Origin: an uncultured cyanobacterium
GTDB taxonomy: Bacteria; Cyanobacteriota; Cyanobacteriia; CAKZMO01
Direction of reading: 5' to 3'
Length of the DNA stretch: 64,000 bases
Assembly (NCBI GenBank): GCA_963719515.1
Contig: CAVRCJ010000010.1
Location: 64,001 to 128,000, forward strand
Positions 19,441 through 27,991 of this stretch are shown here, in pieces (positions within the stretch are counted from its first letter, which is position 1; every line of letters begins with the position of its first letter). The position numbers and the translations under genes are program-made. Below the pieces are notes generated by a model that was not told the DNA's origin, searched no databases, and saw only the letters and a program-made list of their open reading frames with translations.

Positions 19441-19911
19441 TCAGAACCCAATCAGCTCAAAAAACTGATCGTCTAGCTCATACCCCAGAGTTTTCGTCAT
19501 TAGCTTAACGCTATTGCGTCCGGCCACGTCGTTCGCCTTTAGCCAATGAACGATGTGAAACACCTTGCTCATAACAAATAGCTCTAGCGCCTCAGGGTTG
19601 TACTGAATGCCTGACTTGCTAAACTGATGCGGCACTAACATGGCGGTGTACCGCCCTAATTCTCCCGACTGCCAGTCTAATAAATAGGGGAACCAGGGAT
19701 AGCGCGCGTCGAGGGCCACAAACCAAAGCCGAACCTCAGGAACTTCAGAGAGCTCGCGGGGGTCAGACGGCTCGCGGGGGTAGTCGACGTCAAACGCAAT
19801 GGGCGATCGCTGGGTTAGCGCTCCTGATGCTTGCCGAGACTCAATTACAGTCTGAGCTGGGGTTAAATCGAGCGTTTCGATATGGGACTGCAGCAGCGCA
19901 ACGGTAGACAT
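19441..19911 (-). CDS. CRR6 family NdhI maturation factor
   Basis: DPRELSEVPEVRLWFVALDARYPW, AMLVPHQF, YNPEALELF. Confidence 0.88.
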   Translation of the reverse strand: MSTVALLQSHIETLDLTPAQTVIESRQASGALTQRSPIAFDVDYPREPSDPRELSEVPEVRLWFVALDARYPWFPYLLDWQSGELGRYTAMLVPHQFSKSGIQYNPEALELFVMSKVFHIVHWLKANDVAGRNSVKLMTKTLGYELDDQFFELIGF

Positions 19912-20054
19912 AAAGTGTTGAAGTATAGGGTTAGCAAATTAGCCTAAACTGGGTAAAACTCGGTCTGGTAGACAATCTTAAGACGTTTACGCTAAGGTTG
20001 GAATAGTCTGTCAACACGAAATCATATCGAGTTCGCCTTAGACGCAACACAACG

Positions 20055-20519
20055 ATGCAACAAGACGCCGCTGCTCCCAAGCCTATTCGCTCTCTAGAGG
20101 ATGCTTTTGCCCGTTGTCGAGACTTAGGAATGAGGCTTAGCAAGCAGCGCCGCTACATTTTGGAGCTGCTCTGGAGTCAGCGGGAGCACCTCTCTGCGCG
20201 GGAGATTTACGACCGTCTGACGCAGCAGGGAAAAGACATTGGCCACACGTCGGTTTACCAAAACCTAGAAGCGCTCTCAGGGCAGCAGGTGATTGAATGC
20301 GTAGACCGAGCAGATGGGCGGCTTTACGGGAGCGTCAGCGACTCCCACAGTCACGTCAACTGTCTTGACACCGCGCAGATTATGGACGTCTTTGTTCAGC
20401 TTCCTGAAGACATCATTCAGTCTATCGAGCGTCAGTGTGGCGTCAAAATTACCGACTATAGAATTGACTTCTTTGGCTACTCCCAGCAAGATGAAGCGGA
20501 GAGCGCCCCCGTCGACTAG
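20055..20519 (+). CDS. furC: Fur family regulator, FurC/PerR type
   Basis: PIRSLEDA..RC...GMRLSKQRRYILELLW, EHLSAREIYDRL, IGHTSVYQNL, SDSHSHVNCLDT; closely resembles cyanobacterial FurC. Confidence 0.85.
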   Translation: MQQDAAAPKPIRSLEDAFARCRDLGMRLSKQRRYILELLWSQREHLSAREIYDRLTQQGKDIGHTSVYQNLEALSGQQVIECVDRADGRLYGSVSDSHSHVNCLDTAQIMDVFVQLPEDIIQSIERQCGVKITDYRIDFFGYSQQDEAESAPVD

Positions 20520-20786
20520 CCGCACCGCGTAAGCAACGGCTGTCCCATACCCCAGCTGATTGACGAGAGCCTTGGGCTCTGCCATCATACGCTCATGTCA
20601 ACCCTTGATGAGACTGAGGGCTGACCCTTTGGCTTTGAGACTGCCTTCAGCTTCCCATAGGGTTGCGGTGACCTGCCTCTCTGCGGTGCGCAGCCCACAT
20701 CGATACTTTTCTTTTGGGCAAGCTCTTTTGGGCAAGCTCGCTTAGTTCTCTCAGCCTGTACCTACCGCACTCCCAACAGCTGCACT

Positions 20787-22751
20787 ATGCGTGACGTCAG
20801 CCGCTCTACCCATCCGCAAAGTGAAGCGATCGCCAGTCTGCGCCAGGCGCTGGCCTATCACCAGCCAATTGCCCAAAGATCTGAGCGCAGCCGCCGGGAG
20901 CGGTGGCAGCTATTGAGCTGGGTCTGGTCTCCTTTACTGCTGCTGGGCCTGGCGCTGACGGGAGGAATTGGGATGGTGGCGCTCCAGTCCCTTTTAGAAC
21001 CTCCCCCCGTTCCCAACTGCCGGGCTCTCTCTCTCCTTGCCGCCTCCGCCAAGCGGCTGCACTGCGCCCAGCAGCTCGCCTCCACGGGAGACTCCACTCA
21101 CCTGATTGCCAGCATCAACACGGTGAAATCCTGGGACGCTACCCATTCCCTACACCGCGAAGCCCAGGCGCTGTTGACTGAGTGGTCGGCAGTACTGCTA
21201 GAGAATGCAGAGGATACGCTAGCTGTCGCTGGACTAGAGCAGGCCGTCCGGCTGGCCCGCTATATTCCGCCCACCAGTTCTGTCTATGGGACGGCTCAAG
21301 CCAAGATTGAGGACTGGCAGGGGCAGTGGACTGAGGGTGAGGAGATCTATCAAACGGCGATCGCAGCCCTAGAGCAGCAGCAGTGGAAGCAGGCCTCACA
21401 GCAGGTGGTTGCCTTGGGCGATTTGACCTCGCCTTATTGGCATAACCGCGGCAGCATGCTCAGCTTGCGCATCGTCGCCGAGCAGCAGGGACGTCAGATT
21501 TTGAAAGAGGCGGAGGAGATGGCGGCTCAGTCTCCGGCACAGACTCCCGATCAGATCGCCGCCGCGCTGACGCATCTGCAGACTATTCCCCCGCAAACCC
21601 TAGCGCAGCAGGAGGCTGCCTCGCTGCTGCAAACCTGGAGTCCCCAAGTAATCGACGCTGCCGTAGCTGAACAGGCTGCAGGCCGCCTTGAACGCGCAGT
21701 GGCCTTGGCCCAGACGCTGCCCCCCGCAGCAGTCCAGACGGATCTCCCTGACCCGGTTAGGGATCTCATCCGCTACAGTCAGGCGCAGCGCTTTGCCCAA
21801 AAAGCCGATGCTCAGCCAGAGCAGTGGTGGCTGTTGGCCGAGGCGATCGCTTCCGCCCAGGCAATTGCCCCGCAGCGTGAATTGGGTCAGCGGATTGCGC
21901 CTCAGCTCGCCCAGTGGCAAACCCGGCGGGACGCCATGACCCAGCTGCAGATGGCTCAGGCCATCGCGGGCACGGGGCAGCGCTGGCTGCTGCAGGCTGG
22001 CCTGGCCCAAGCGGAAGCCGTCAGCGACGCTGGCGGTGCTGACGACCTGCTGCGATCGCGGGCTAACGAGCTGACGGCGGCCTGGCGTCAATCCGTCGCT
22101 CAAATTGACGGTCGTCCCTACTTTGCACTGGCTCAACAAACGGCGCAGCCGGGCAGTGAAGAGGCGCTCAGCGACGCCATCCGCATTGCTGAGCCTCTGG
22201 TGGCCTCGGGTCTGGAGTGGCCCCAGGTGCAGCAGGCGCTGGCCGACTGGCGATCGCGCATCCAGGTGATGGAAGATCAGCCCATCATCGCCCAAGCCCA
22301 AAAGCTGGCCGCCGATGACAAATTTCAGGAGGCGATCGCTCGGGCTCAGACAATTGCCGCAGGCCGGGCGCTCCATCCTCAGGCCCAGAGCTTAGTGGGT
22401 GAGTGGCAGGGCTCCCTGCGGGCGGTTGCAGATCGCGATCGCCTCAATGAAGCGACCGCCCTGGCAAACCGTCTGCGGCTGAGCCGGGCGATTGAAGTGG
22501 CCCGGGAAATCCTTCCGGCCAGCGGTGCGGTGTATAGCGAAGCCCAAACCGCCATCGCCCAGTGGCAGCAAGAGCGAAACGAGCTTTGGGCTGAGCGGCA
22601 GCGGGCTCAGGACGAGGCGAGCTGGGCGCAGCCTGCTAGACCTGCGGAACCCGCCCCTAGCCCTGAGCCGGTGGCAGCTCTGCCAGACCCTGAGGTTAGC
22701 GCTGATCCGGCTGAGTCCCCTTACTCTGGCTATTACGGGACTACTGAGTAG
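20787..22751 (+). CDS. Membrane-anchored helical-repeat hypothetical protein of a conserved cyanobacterial type
   Basis: N-terminal TM helix, PPVPNC...RLHCAQ, repeated AI..A..I.....Y..AQ..I..W units, Pro-rich tail. Confidence 0.7.
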   Translation: MRDVSRSTHPQSEAIASLRQALAYHQPIAQRSERSRRERWQLLSWVWSPLLLLGLALTGGIGMVALQSLLEPPPVPNCRALSLLAASAKRLHCAQQLASTGDSTHLIASINTVKSWDATHSLHREAQALLTEWSAVLLENAEDTLAVAGLEQAVRLARYIPPTSSVYGTAQAKIEDWQGQWTEGEEIYQTAIAALEQQQWKQASQQVVALGDLTSPYWHNRGSMLSLRIVAEQQGRQILKEAEEMAAQSPAQTPDQIAAALTHLQTIPPQTLAQQEAASLLQTWSPQVIDAAVAEQAAGRLERAVALAQTLPPAAVQTDLPDPVRDLIRYSQAQRFAQKADAQPEQWWLLAEAIASAQAIAPQRELGQRIAPQLAQWQTRRDAMTQLQMAQAIAGTGQRWLLQAGLAQAEAVSDAGGADDLLRSRANELTAAWRQSVAQIDGRPYFALAQQTAQPGSEEALSDAIRIAEPLVASGLEWPQVQQALADWRSRIQVMEDQPIIAQAQKLAADDKFQEAIARAQTIAAGRALHPQAQSLVGEWQGSLRAVADRDRLNEATALANRLRLSRAIEVAREILPASGAVYSEAQTAIAQWQQERNELWAERQRAQDEASWAQPARPAEPAPSPEPVAALPDPEVSADPAESPYSGYYGTTE

Positions 22752-22825
22752 TGCTACCCTAAAGCCACTGGCTCAACAGCCATGGCCCAACGCCCACCTG
22801 CCGCCTCACGAGTTTGTTCTGCGCC

Positions 22826-24610
22826 ATGACAACGCTGCCCTCCGACGCGCCGCTTTTAGTCACCGTCATCGACGACGATGCCATCTTTCGTGCGGGGCTG
22901 TGTAGCTGGCTCGAGTCTCAGGGCGTAGAGGTCCTCGCTGGGGGCCGCGTCTCAGCGGTCGGGCTCGCGGGTCGGCCCGCATCCGCGCCGTCCGGGCGAC
23001 CCCAGGTTATTCTTTATGGCTTCAACCGGGGAGCAGCAGCGGTTGCGCCTGCGCTGCGGTCTTTACGGGCGATCGCGGAGACGCCCCTATTAGGGCTGGG
23101 GCCAGCCGAAACGGCCGTGGCGCTCAGAGCGCAGCAGGCTGGGGCTCGCGGCTACTGGGTCAAGGGGCGCGACCCCGAAACCCTGCTGGCGGCAGTGCGC
23201 CGGGTGGCGTCAGGGGAGGAAGCCTGGTCTATTCCCTACTGGGCCTCAGCGCCGGCTGCCGGGTCCGGGCCGATTGACCGCTGGCGAAGCCGCCTCTATG
23301 CCTCGGGTCTCAGCCAAATCGAGGCGGCGATCGCCGACCTTGATGCCCAGCTAGCCGCGCAGATGCCGCCGCTAGACCGGGCCGTGACGGCAGGGCACCA
23401 CCGCGAGCTGCGGGCGGCCCGCGGTCTGGTGACCTGGCTGCTGGCACCCCGCGTTGGGGCTAGTGAGTTTGGGACGATGCCGGCGGGCGATGGTGGGCCG
23501 ACGGGCGACAGCTGGTCTACTAGCGCCGACGCTGCGCCGACCCCGCCCTCATCCTCCAGCTTGACTGAAGCCTCAGCGCCCCAGCTTCGCCTCAGAGAGC
23601 AGACCGCCGACGGAGCGATTACGCTGGGGGGCATGCAGGCAACGCTGTTTGAAAGCCTTGAAACCAAGCTGCAGTCCCCGCTGCGTAACCAGACCCCTCG
23701 CCCCCTCGAGCTCGATATCTTGCGTGAGGATCGTCGCCGCGAGCTGCTCTATCAAGTGCTGCGATCGCTAAAGCTGTTGCTGAATGAGCTCCGACAGAGC
23801 AGCATCCAGCCGGCTCAGCTTATAGATCAGCGATCGCGGCTGCTGCGAGACCTGTGGCAGAACGTCACCGTCGAGTTTTTTGGTAAGTACTACGCCGTGT
23901 CTATTGAGGGCGTGGAGCTAGAGGTGGTGCCCTTACTGCTGCGGGAGGCCGACCGCGTCCTGCCCATCTTAGAGGAGATACCGGGCGTCGTCGATCTGCT
24001 GGCGCACCTGCTATTTCAAAATCCCCTGCTGGTGGACAGCGTTCCTCACGCAGTGGGCACGGCAGCGGCAATGGCGCGGGCTGAGCAGCTGCTCGACAAT
24101 CTAATGGTGCGAGTGGCCAACGCGGTGGTGCAGCCCATGCTCAATCAGCTCGCCGACGTGGAAGTCATCAAGCAAAATTTCTATACCCGTCGCCTGCTGT
24201 CGAGCCGGGATATAGCCCAGTTTCGCAACGATCTATCGTGGCACTACCGGCTCGCTAATGCCCTGTACGAGCCGCTCGATATCTTCGAAAGCCAGATGCG
24301 GCTGTTTCGCCTTGGCCCTATTGGGGTTGAGGAGCAGCGAGTCTACTTACCCAGACGCAGTGAACTAGAGCAGCTGACGGGACTGCGCTTTGCGGTGACG
24401 CTGGTGCTGGAGCTGCGCGATGCCCTAGCCCCCCGATTTCAGGCGCTGGTGAGCTGGGTCGGTAAGCTGGTGGTTTACCTGTTGACTGAGGTGCTGGGGC
24501 GGGGCATCGGTCTTGTGGGCCGCGGGGTGCTGCGGGGAGTCGGCAGCGCTTGGCAAGATGCCCGGGTGAGCCGCGATGGCCCTAAGGGTCCGTCTGGTCA
24601 ACGCCGCTAG
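22826..24610 (+). CDS. Ycf55-like protein: receiver-like domain plus DUF3685
   Basis: VIDDDAIFRAGL...GARGYWVKG; C-terminal LLSSRDIAQFRNDLSW, LELRDALAPR, LGRGIGLVGRGVLRGVG. Confidence 0.85.
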   Translation: MTTLPSDAPLLVTVIDDDAIFRAGLCSWLESQGVEVLAGGRVSAVGLAGRPASAPSGRPQVILYGFNRGAAAVAPALRSLRAIAETPLLGLGPAETAVALRAQQAGARGYWVKGRDPETLLAAVRRVASGEEAWSIPYWASAPAAGSGPIDRWRSRLYASGLSQIEAAIADLDAQLAAQMPPLDRAVTAGHHRELRAARGLVTWLLAPRVGASEFGTMPAGDGGPTGDSWSTSADAAPTPPSSSSLTEASAPQLRLREQTADGAITLGGMQATLFESLETKLQSPLRNQTPRPLELDILREDRRRELLYQVLRSLKLLLNELRQSSIQPAQLIDQRSRLLRDLWQNVTVEFFGKYYAVSIEGVELEVVPLLLREADRVLPILEEIPGVVDLLAHLLFQNPLLVDSVPHAVGTAAAMARAEQLLDNLMVRVANAVVQPMLNQLADVEVIKQNFYTRRLLSSRDIAQFRNDLSWHYRLANALYEPLDIFESQMRLFRLGPIGVEEQRVYLPRRSELEQLTGLRFAVTLVLELRDALAPRFQALVSWVGKLVVYLLTEVLGRGIGLVGRGVLRGVGSAWQDARVSRDGPKGPSGQRR

Positions 24611-25407
24611 CTCAGCGCATCTAGAGCAGCTTGAGCGGAGGACGGACGGCCCTTTGGGTCACTATTGCTCATGCCCCGGAGCCAGGCCGTGAACTGAGGC
24701 GAAAGGAGTAGGGCCCTGTCGTCAGCTCCTGAGGCTCCGGCGGGATCATACAGGCCCTGTCCCGTAATCAGGGTCGTGATCGTCACGCCCAGGCTATAGA
24801 GATCAGAGACCTTAAGCGCGCGACCGCCAAGCTGCTCGGGAGCCCGATAGCGATGGGCTCCCAACAGGGTCATGCCCGTGTTGTAGTCGGGGTTCGGCAA
24901 GATAGGTTTGACTGAGCCGAAATCAATCAGGTAGACTTGCGTTCGCTGTTTCGGCAGCGTTGCCAGCACGATATTGCTGGGCTTGATGTCCCGGTGTAGG
25001 ATAGGCGGCGACTGTTCGTGCAGATAGATCAAAACGTCGAGAATTCCGATCGCAATTTGCTTCGCCTCTTTCTCTGAAAAGGTGCGGCCTTGCCGAAGAT
25101 AGCGGTCTGTTGAGGTGCCTCCGATGTAGCTCTCTATCAGCACGAGCGCTTTTTTCTCACGGGGGAGCTCGATGTCGAAGCAGCCCAGATACTTGGGAAT
25201 CGAGGAATGGTCGAGCTGCTTCAGCGTGTCGATCTCGCGCTGAAAGAGGCGCAGACAGTCTGGATGGAGCTCCTCATCAATAGAAATAAGCTTGAGAATC
25301 ACCAAGCCATCCGTGGTTAGGTCTGTGGCCAGCAGCGTCCATCGACCGGCTTTGTAGCCGAGCTGTTTCTCGATGTGATAGCGATCGCCTAAGATTTGAC
25401 CCGCCAT
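24607..25407 (-). CDS. Serine/threonine protein kinase (kinase domain only)
   Basis: VILKL, HRDIKPSN, LIDFG, APEQ, SDLYSLG. Confidence 0.92.
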   Translation of the reverse strand: MAGQILGDRYHIEKQLGYKAGRWTLLATDLTTDGLVILKLISIDEELHPDCLRLFQREIDTLKQLDHSSIPKYLGCFDIELPREKKALVLIESYIGGTSTDRYLRQGRTFSEKEAKQIAIGILDVLIYLHEQSPPILHRDIKPSNIVLATLPKQRTQVYLIDFGSVKPILPNPDYNTGMTLLGAHRYRAPEQLGGRALKVSDLYSLGVTITTLITGQGLYDPAGASGADDRALLLSPQFTAWLRGMSNSDPKGRPSSAQAALDALS

Positions 25408-25610
25408 ATTGTTTTATTTCGGTTCGTCTCACCCAAATCAGCAGTTCGACAGTCAGTGATGCGGTTTGTTACTGCCAACGATATCATCCGTCGATCTACG
25501 GTATCTTTAAAGCCGTTCTTGACTTTTGCTGAGCGGTTCCGCAGGTTCAATCCGGCGCTGAGGACCTCGGCGCGCTTAAGCTCAGCAAACCGTACCCTAC
25601 GTAATCTGTC

Positions 25611-26357
25611 ATGTCTTTAGCTCCCCCGGTCTCCATTCGGCAACAGCAGCACCCGCTGATTTGTGCATTAGCCAACGCCATCGAAGAGACATGGCATCGC
25701 TACCTAGATCTGTCTCCCTACGAGCTGCCCCATGACTTGGGATATATTGAGGGGCGGCTGGAGGGCGAGCGGCTGGTCATCGAAAATTCTTGCTATCAGA
25801 CGCCTCAGTTTCGCAAGCTCCACCTCGAATTGGCTAAGGTTGGTTCCAATCTAGACATTCTCCACTGCGTAATGTTTCCCCGCCTAGACTACCCTTTGCC
25901 GATGTTTGGTACCGATCTGGTGGGTAGCGCTCAGCACATCGGTGCCGCTATTGTTGATCTTTCACCCATTGAACAGGTGAAACAGGATTGGACGCTATCT
26001 GCCGACTACCAAGCAGCTTTGCGGGCCTTGCCCAACGCCGATTTTTCCCAGCCCCGGGAGCTTCCGAAGTGGGGCAACATTTTCTCCGAGTTTTGCCTGT
26101 TTGTTCGCCCGAGCGGCGAGGCTGAGCATCAGCAGTTCGTGGCGAGAGCCCAGGCGATGCTCGCCATTCACTGTCAGCAGGCCGCCGCCATGGCCCCCGC
26201 CTCCGAGCGCCGCGCTGAGATTGCGGCAGGGCAGCGGCACTACTGTCTGCAGCAGCAGAAAAACGATAAGACTCGCCGCGTTCTAGAGAACGCCTTTGAC
26301 ACCCAGTGGGCAGACCGGTATATGACGACGGTGCTGTTCGATTTACCCGAAGACTAA
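25611..26357 (+). CDS. pcyA: Phycocyanobilin:ferredoxin oxidoreductase
   Basis: FRKLHLELAKVG, LDILHCVMFP, PMFGTDLV, QQQKNDKTRRVLENAF. Confidence 0.96.
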   Translation: MSLAPPVSIRQQQHPLICALANAIEETWHRYLDLSPYELPHDLGYIEGRLEGERLVIENSCYQTPQFRKLHLELAKVGSNLDILHCVMFPRLDYPLPMFGTDLVGSAQHIGAAIVDLSPIEQVKQDWTLSADYQAALRALPNADFSQPRELPKWGNIFSEFCLFVRPSGEAEHQQFVARAQAMLAIHCQQAAAMAPASERRAEIAAGQRHYCLQQQKNDKTRRVLENAFDTQWADRYMTTVLFDLPED

Positions 26358-26408
26358 TGCCAATCCGCATCGTCCCGCGCTACCCTTCTTAGTAAGCTTT
26401 AATACGCT

Positions 26409-27315
26409 ATGACCACCACACCTTTCTCCTCCCGCCTTATTCAGGGGCTACTCAGCGTTCGGCCCCTGGCGGCGATCGCCAAGCATCAGGCCCGCCGCAT
26501 GATTATCAACCGCGCCGAATCGCTGGGTATCCCTTGGCGGCAAGAGGTGGAGCGGCTGCGATCGCAACAGCCCCAGTGGGAAGAAGACCTAGCCGAGATC
26601 CGCGACTCCGACGTGACTTACCCCGACTACTTCTGCCAGTCGTTCCACGCCTACGATGAGGGAAACTTGGGCTGGATGCCCGCTTTTGAGGTGGATGTAG
26701 CTGCGCAGGCGGTTCACGCGCGGCTGTGGCCGGAAGAAGGCCGTCGGGGAGACCTGCGTCTGCGGCAGGAGTACCACCAGGTGCTCCAGGCTCACCTGCC
26801 CCAGGCCCCTCGCGTCAGCGTTGACCTCGGCTGCAGCTGCGGGGCCAGCACTGCCGCCCTGCAGGAGGCGTTTCCCGAGTCCCAGGCCGTGGGTATAGAT
26901 CTTTCCCCCTACTTCCTCGTGATTGCCCGCCAAAACTTCCCCGACGCCCCCGCCCTGAGCTGGCGTCACGCCGCCGCTGAGGCGACCAGGCTAGAACCCG
27001 CCAGCGTCGACTCTGGTCTCCGCATTTTTGCTGTTTCACGAGCTGCCGCCGTCTGTGGCGATTGCGGTGCTGCAGGAGGCTAAACGAATCTTGCGTCCTG
27101 GTGGCCACTTTGCCCTCATGAGCATGAATCCGGCCTCCCCGGCCTACGCCAAGATGCCCCCCTACGTGCGCACCCTGATGCGGAGCACCGAACCCTTCAT
27201 AGATGAATACTTTGCCTTAGATTTAGAGGCGGCGATCGCTGAGGCGGGGTTTGAGCCCCCGACGATGGCGGAGACGAGTCCGCGTCACCGAGCGCTGATT
27301 GCTCAGATTCGTTGA
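26409..27315 (+). pseudogene. Class I SAM-dependent methyltransferase with a +1 frameshift near 27011 (or a sequencing error)
   Basis: FHAYDEGNL, VDLGCSCG, GIDLSPYFL in the first frame; AGC GTC GAC [T] CTG GTC TCC then continues LVSAFLLFHELP...RILRPGG in the next frame. Confidence 0.85.
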
Positions 27316-27409
27316 ACAGATTCGTTGAACTGCGCCCGCGCGAGTGAAATAAGCAACAGCCACCCCATTTAGCGGTTTGTTGTGACGCCGCGATGCTACA
27401 GCTGTGTCA

Positions 27410-27988
27410 TCAAACATCAATGTCGATGTTTTCGTAGAGAGAGGTAATCTCGATTTGAGCCTCAACGGCGCTCAGCGCAAATACGGCGTTCGGATCGTCG
27501 TATTCTGTTAGCAGCCATTGATTAGAAGAAGTTTTCACATAGTGCTCTACATGAGTACTGTACTGATCAATGAGTAGATATTCGTGAAAGCTATTGATAG
27601 TCCGGTAGGCAGAAAACTTTTCACCGTGGTCGTAATCTTGGGTTGATTTAGAAAGGACTTCAGCAATGAAGCAGGGATTAGTCACGGTGTCAGTACGCCC
27701 GGTTTGAAGCTGCAGAGGCTTTTCGATAGCCATGACGTCGGGGTAGGTGTAAAGATTGCGGTCGGGAATCCACAGCCGTTGATCGGCTCCAAAGATCCGG
27801 TAGGGTTTACCCCGCAGAGCAGATTTGAGCAGGGCTGCGAGATTGATGGCCAATTCGTTATGGTCAGGCGTGCCCCCGGTCATGGGCCGAATTTCTCCAT
27901 TCACGTATTCGTGGCGTTCCTTCGAGGCCACTTCAAGCTCAAGATATTCTTCGCGGGTGTAAGTCCGTTGCTCAAGCGCCTGCGTCAT
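27410..27988 (-). CDS. Uma2 (DUF820) family PD-(D/E)XK nuclease-like protein
   Basis: EYVNGEI..MTGG...HN, YPDVM, IAEVLSKST..YD.GEKF..Y, EYLLIDQ. Confidence 0.92.
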   Translation of the reverse strand: MTQALEQRTYTREEYLELEVASKERHEYVNGEIRPMTGGTPDHNELAINLAALLKSALRGKPYRIFGADQRLWIPDRNLYTYPDVMAIEKPLQLQTGRTDTVTNPCFIAEVLSKSTQDYDHGEKFSAYRTINSFHEYLLIDQYSTHVEHYVKTSSNQWLLTEYDDPNAVFALSAVEAQIEITSLYENIDIDV

Positions 27989-27991
27989 GGG

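Noticed and set aside
21600..22376. 258-aa antisense ORF and the many similar overlapping ORFs in the track
   Set aside because: They are shadows of well-supported genes in GC-rich DNA and have no recognisable motifs
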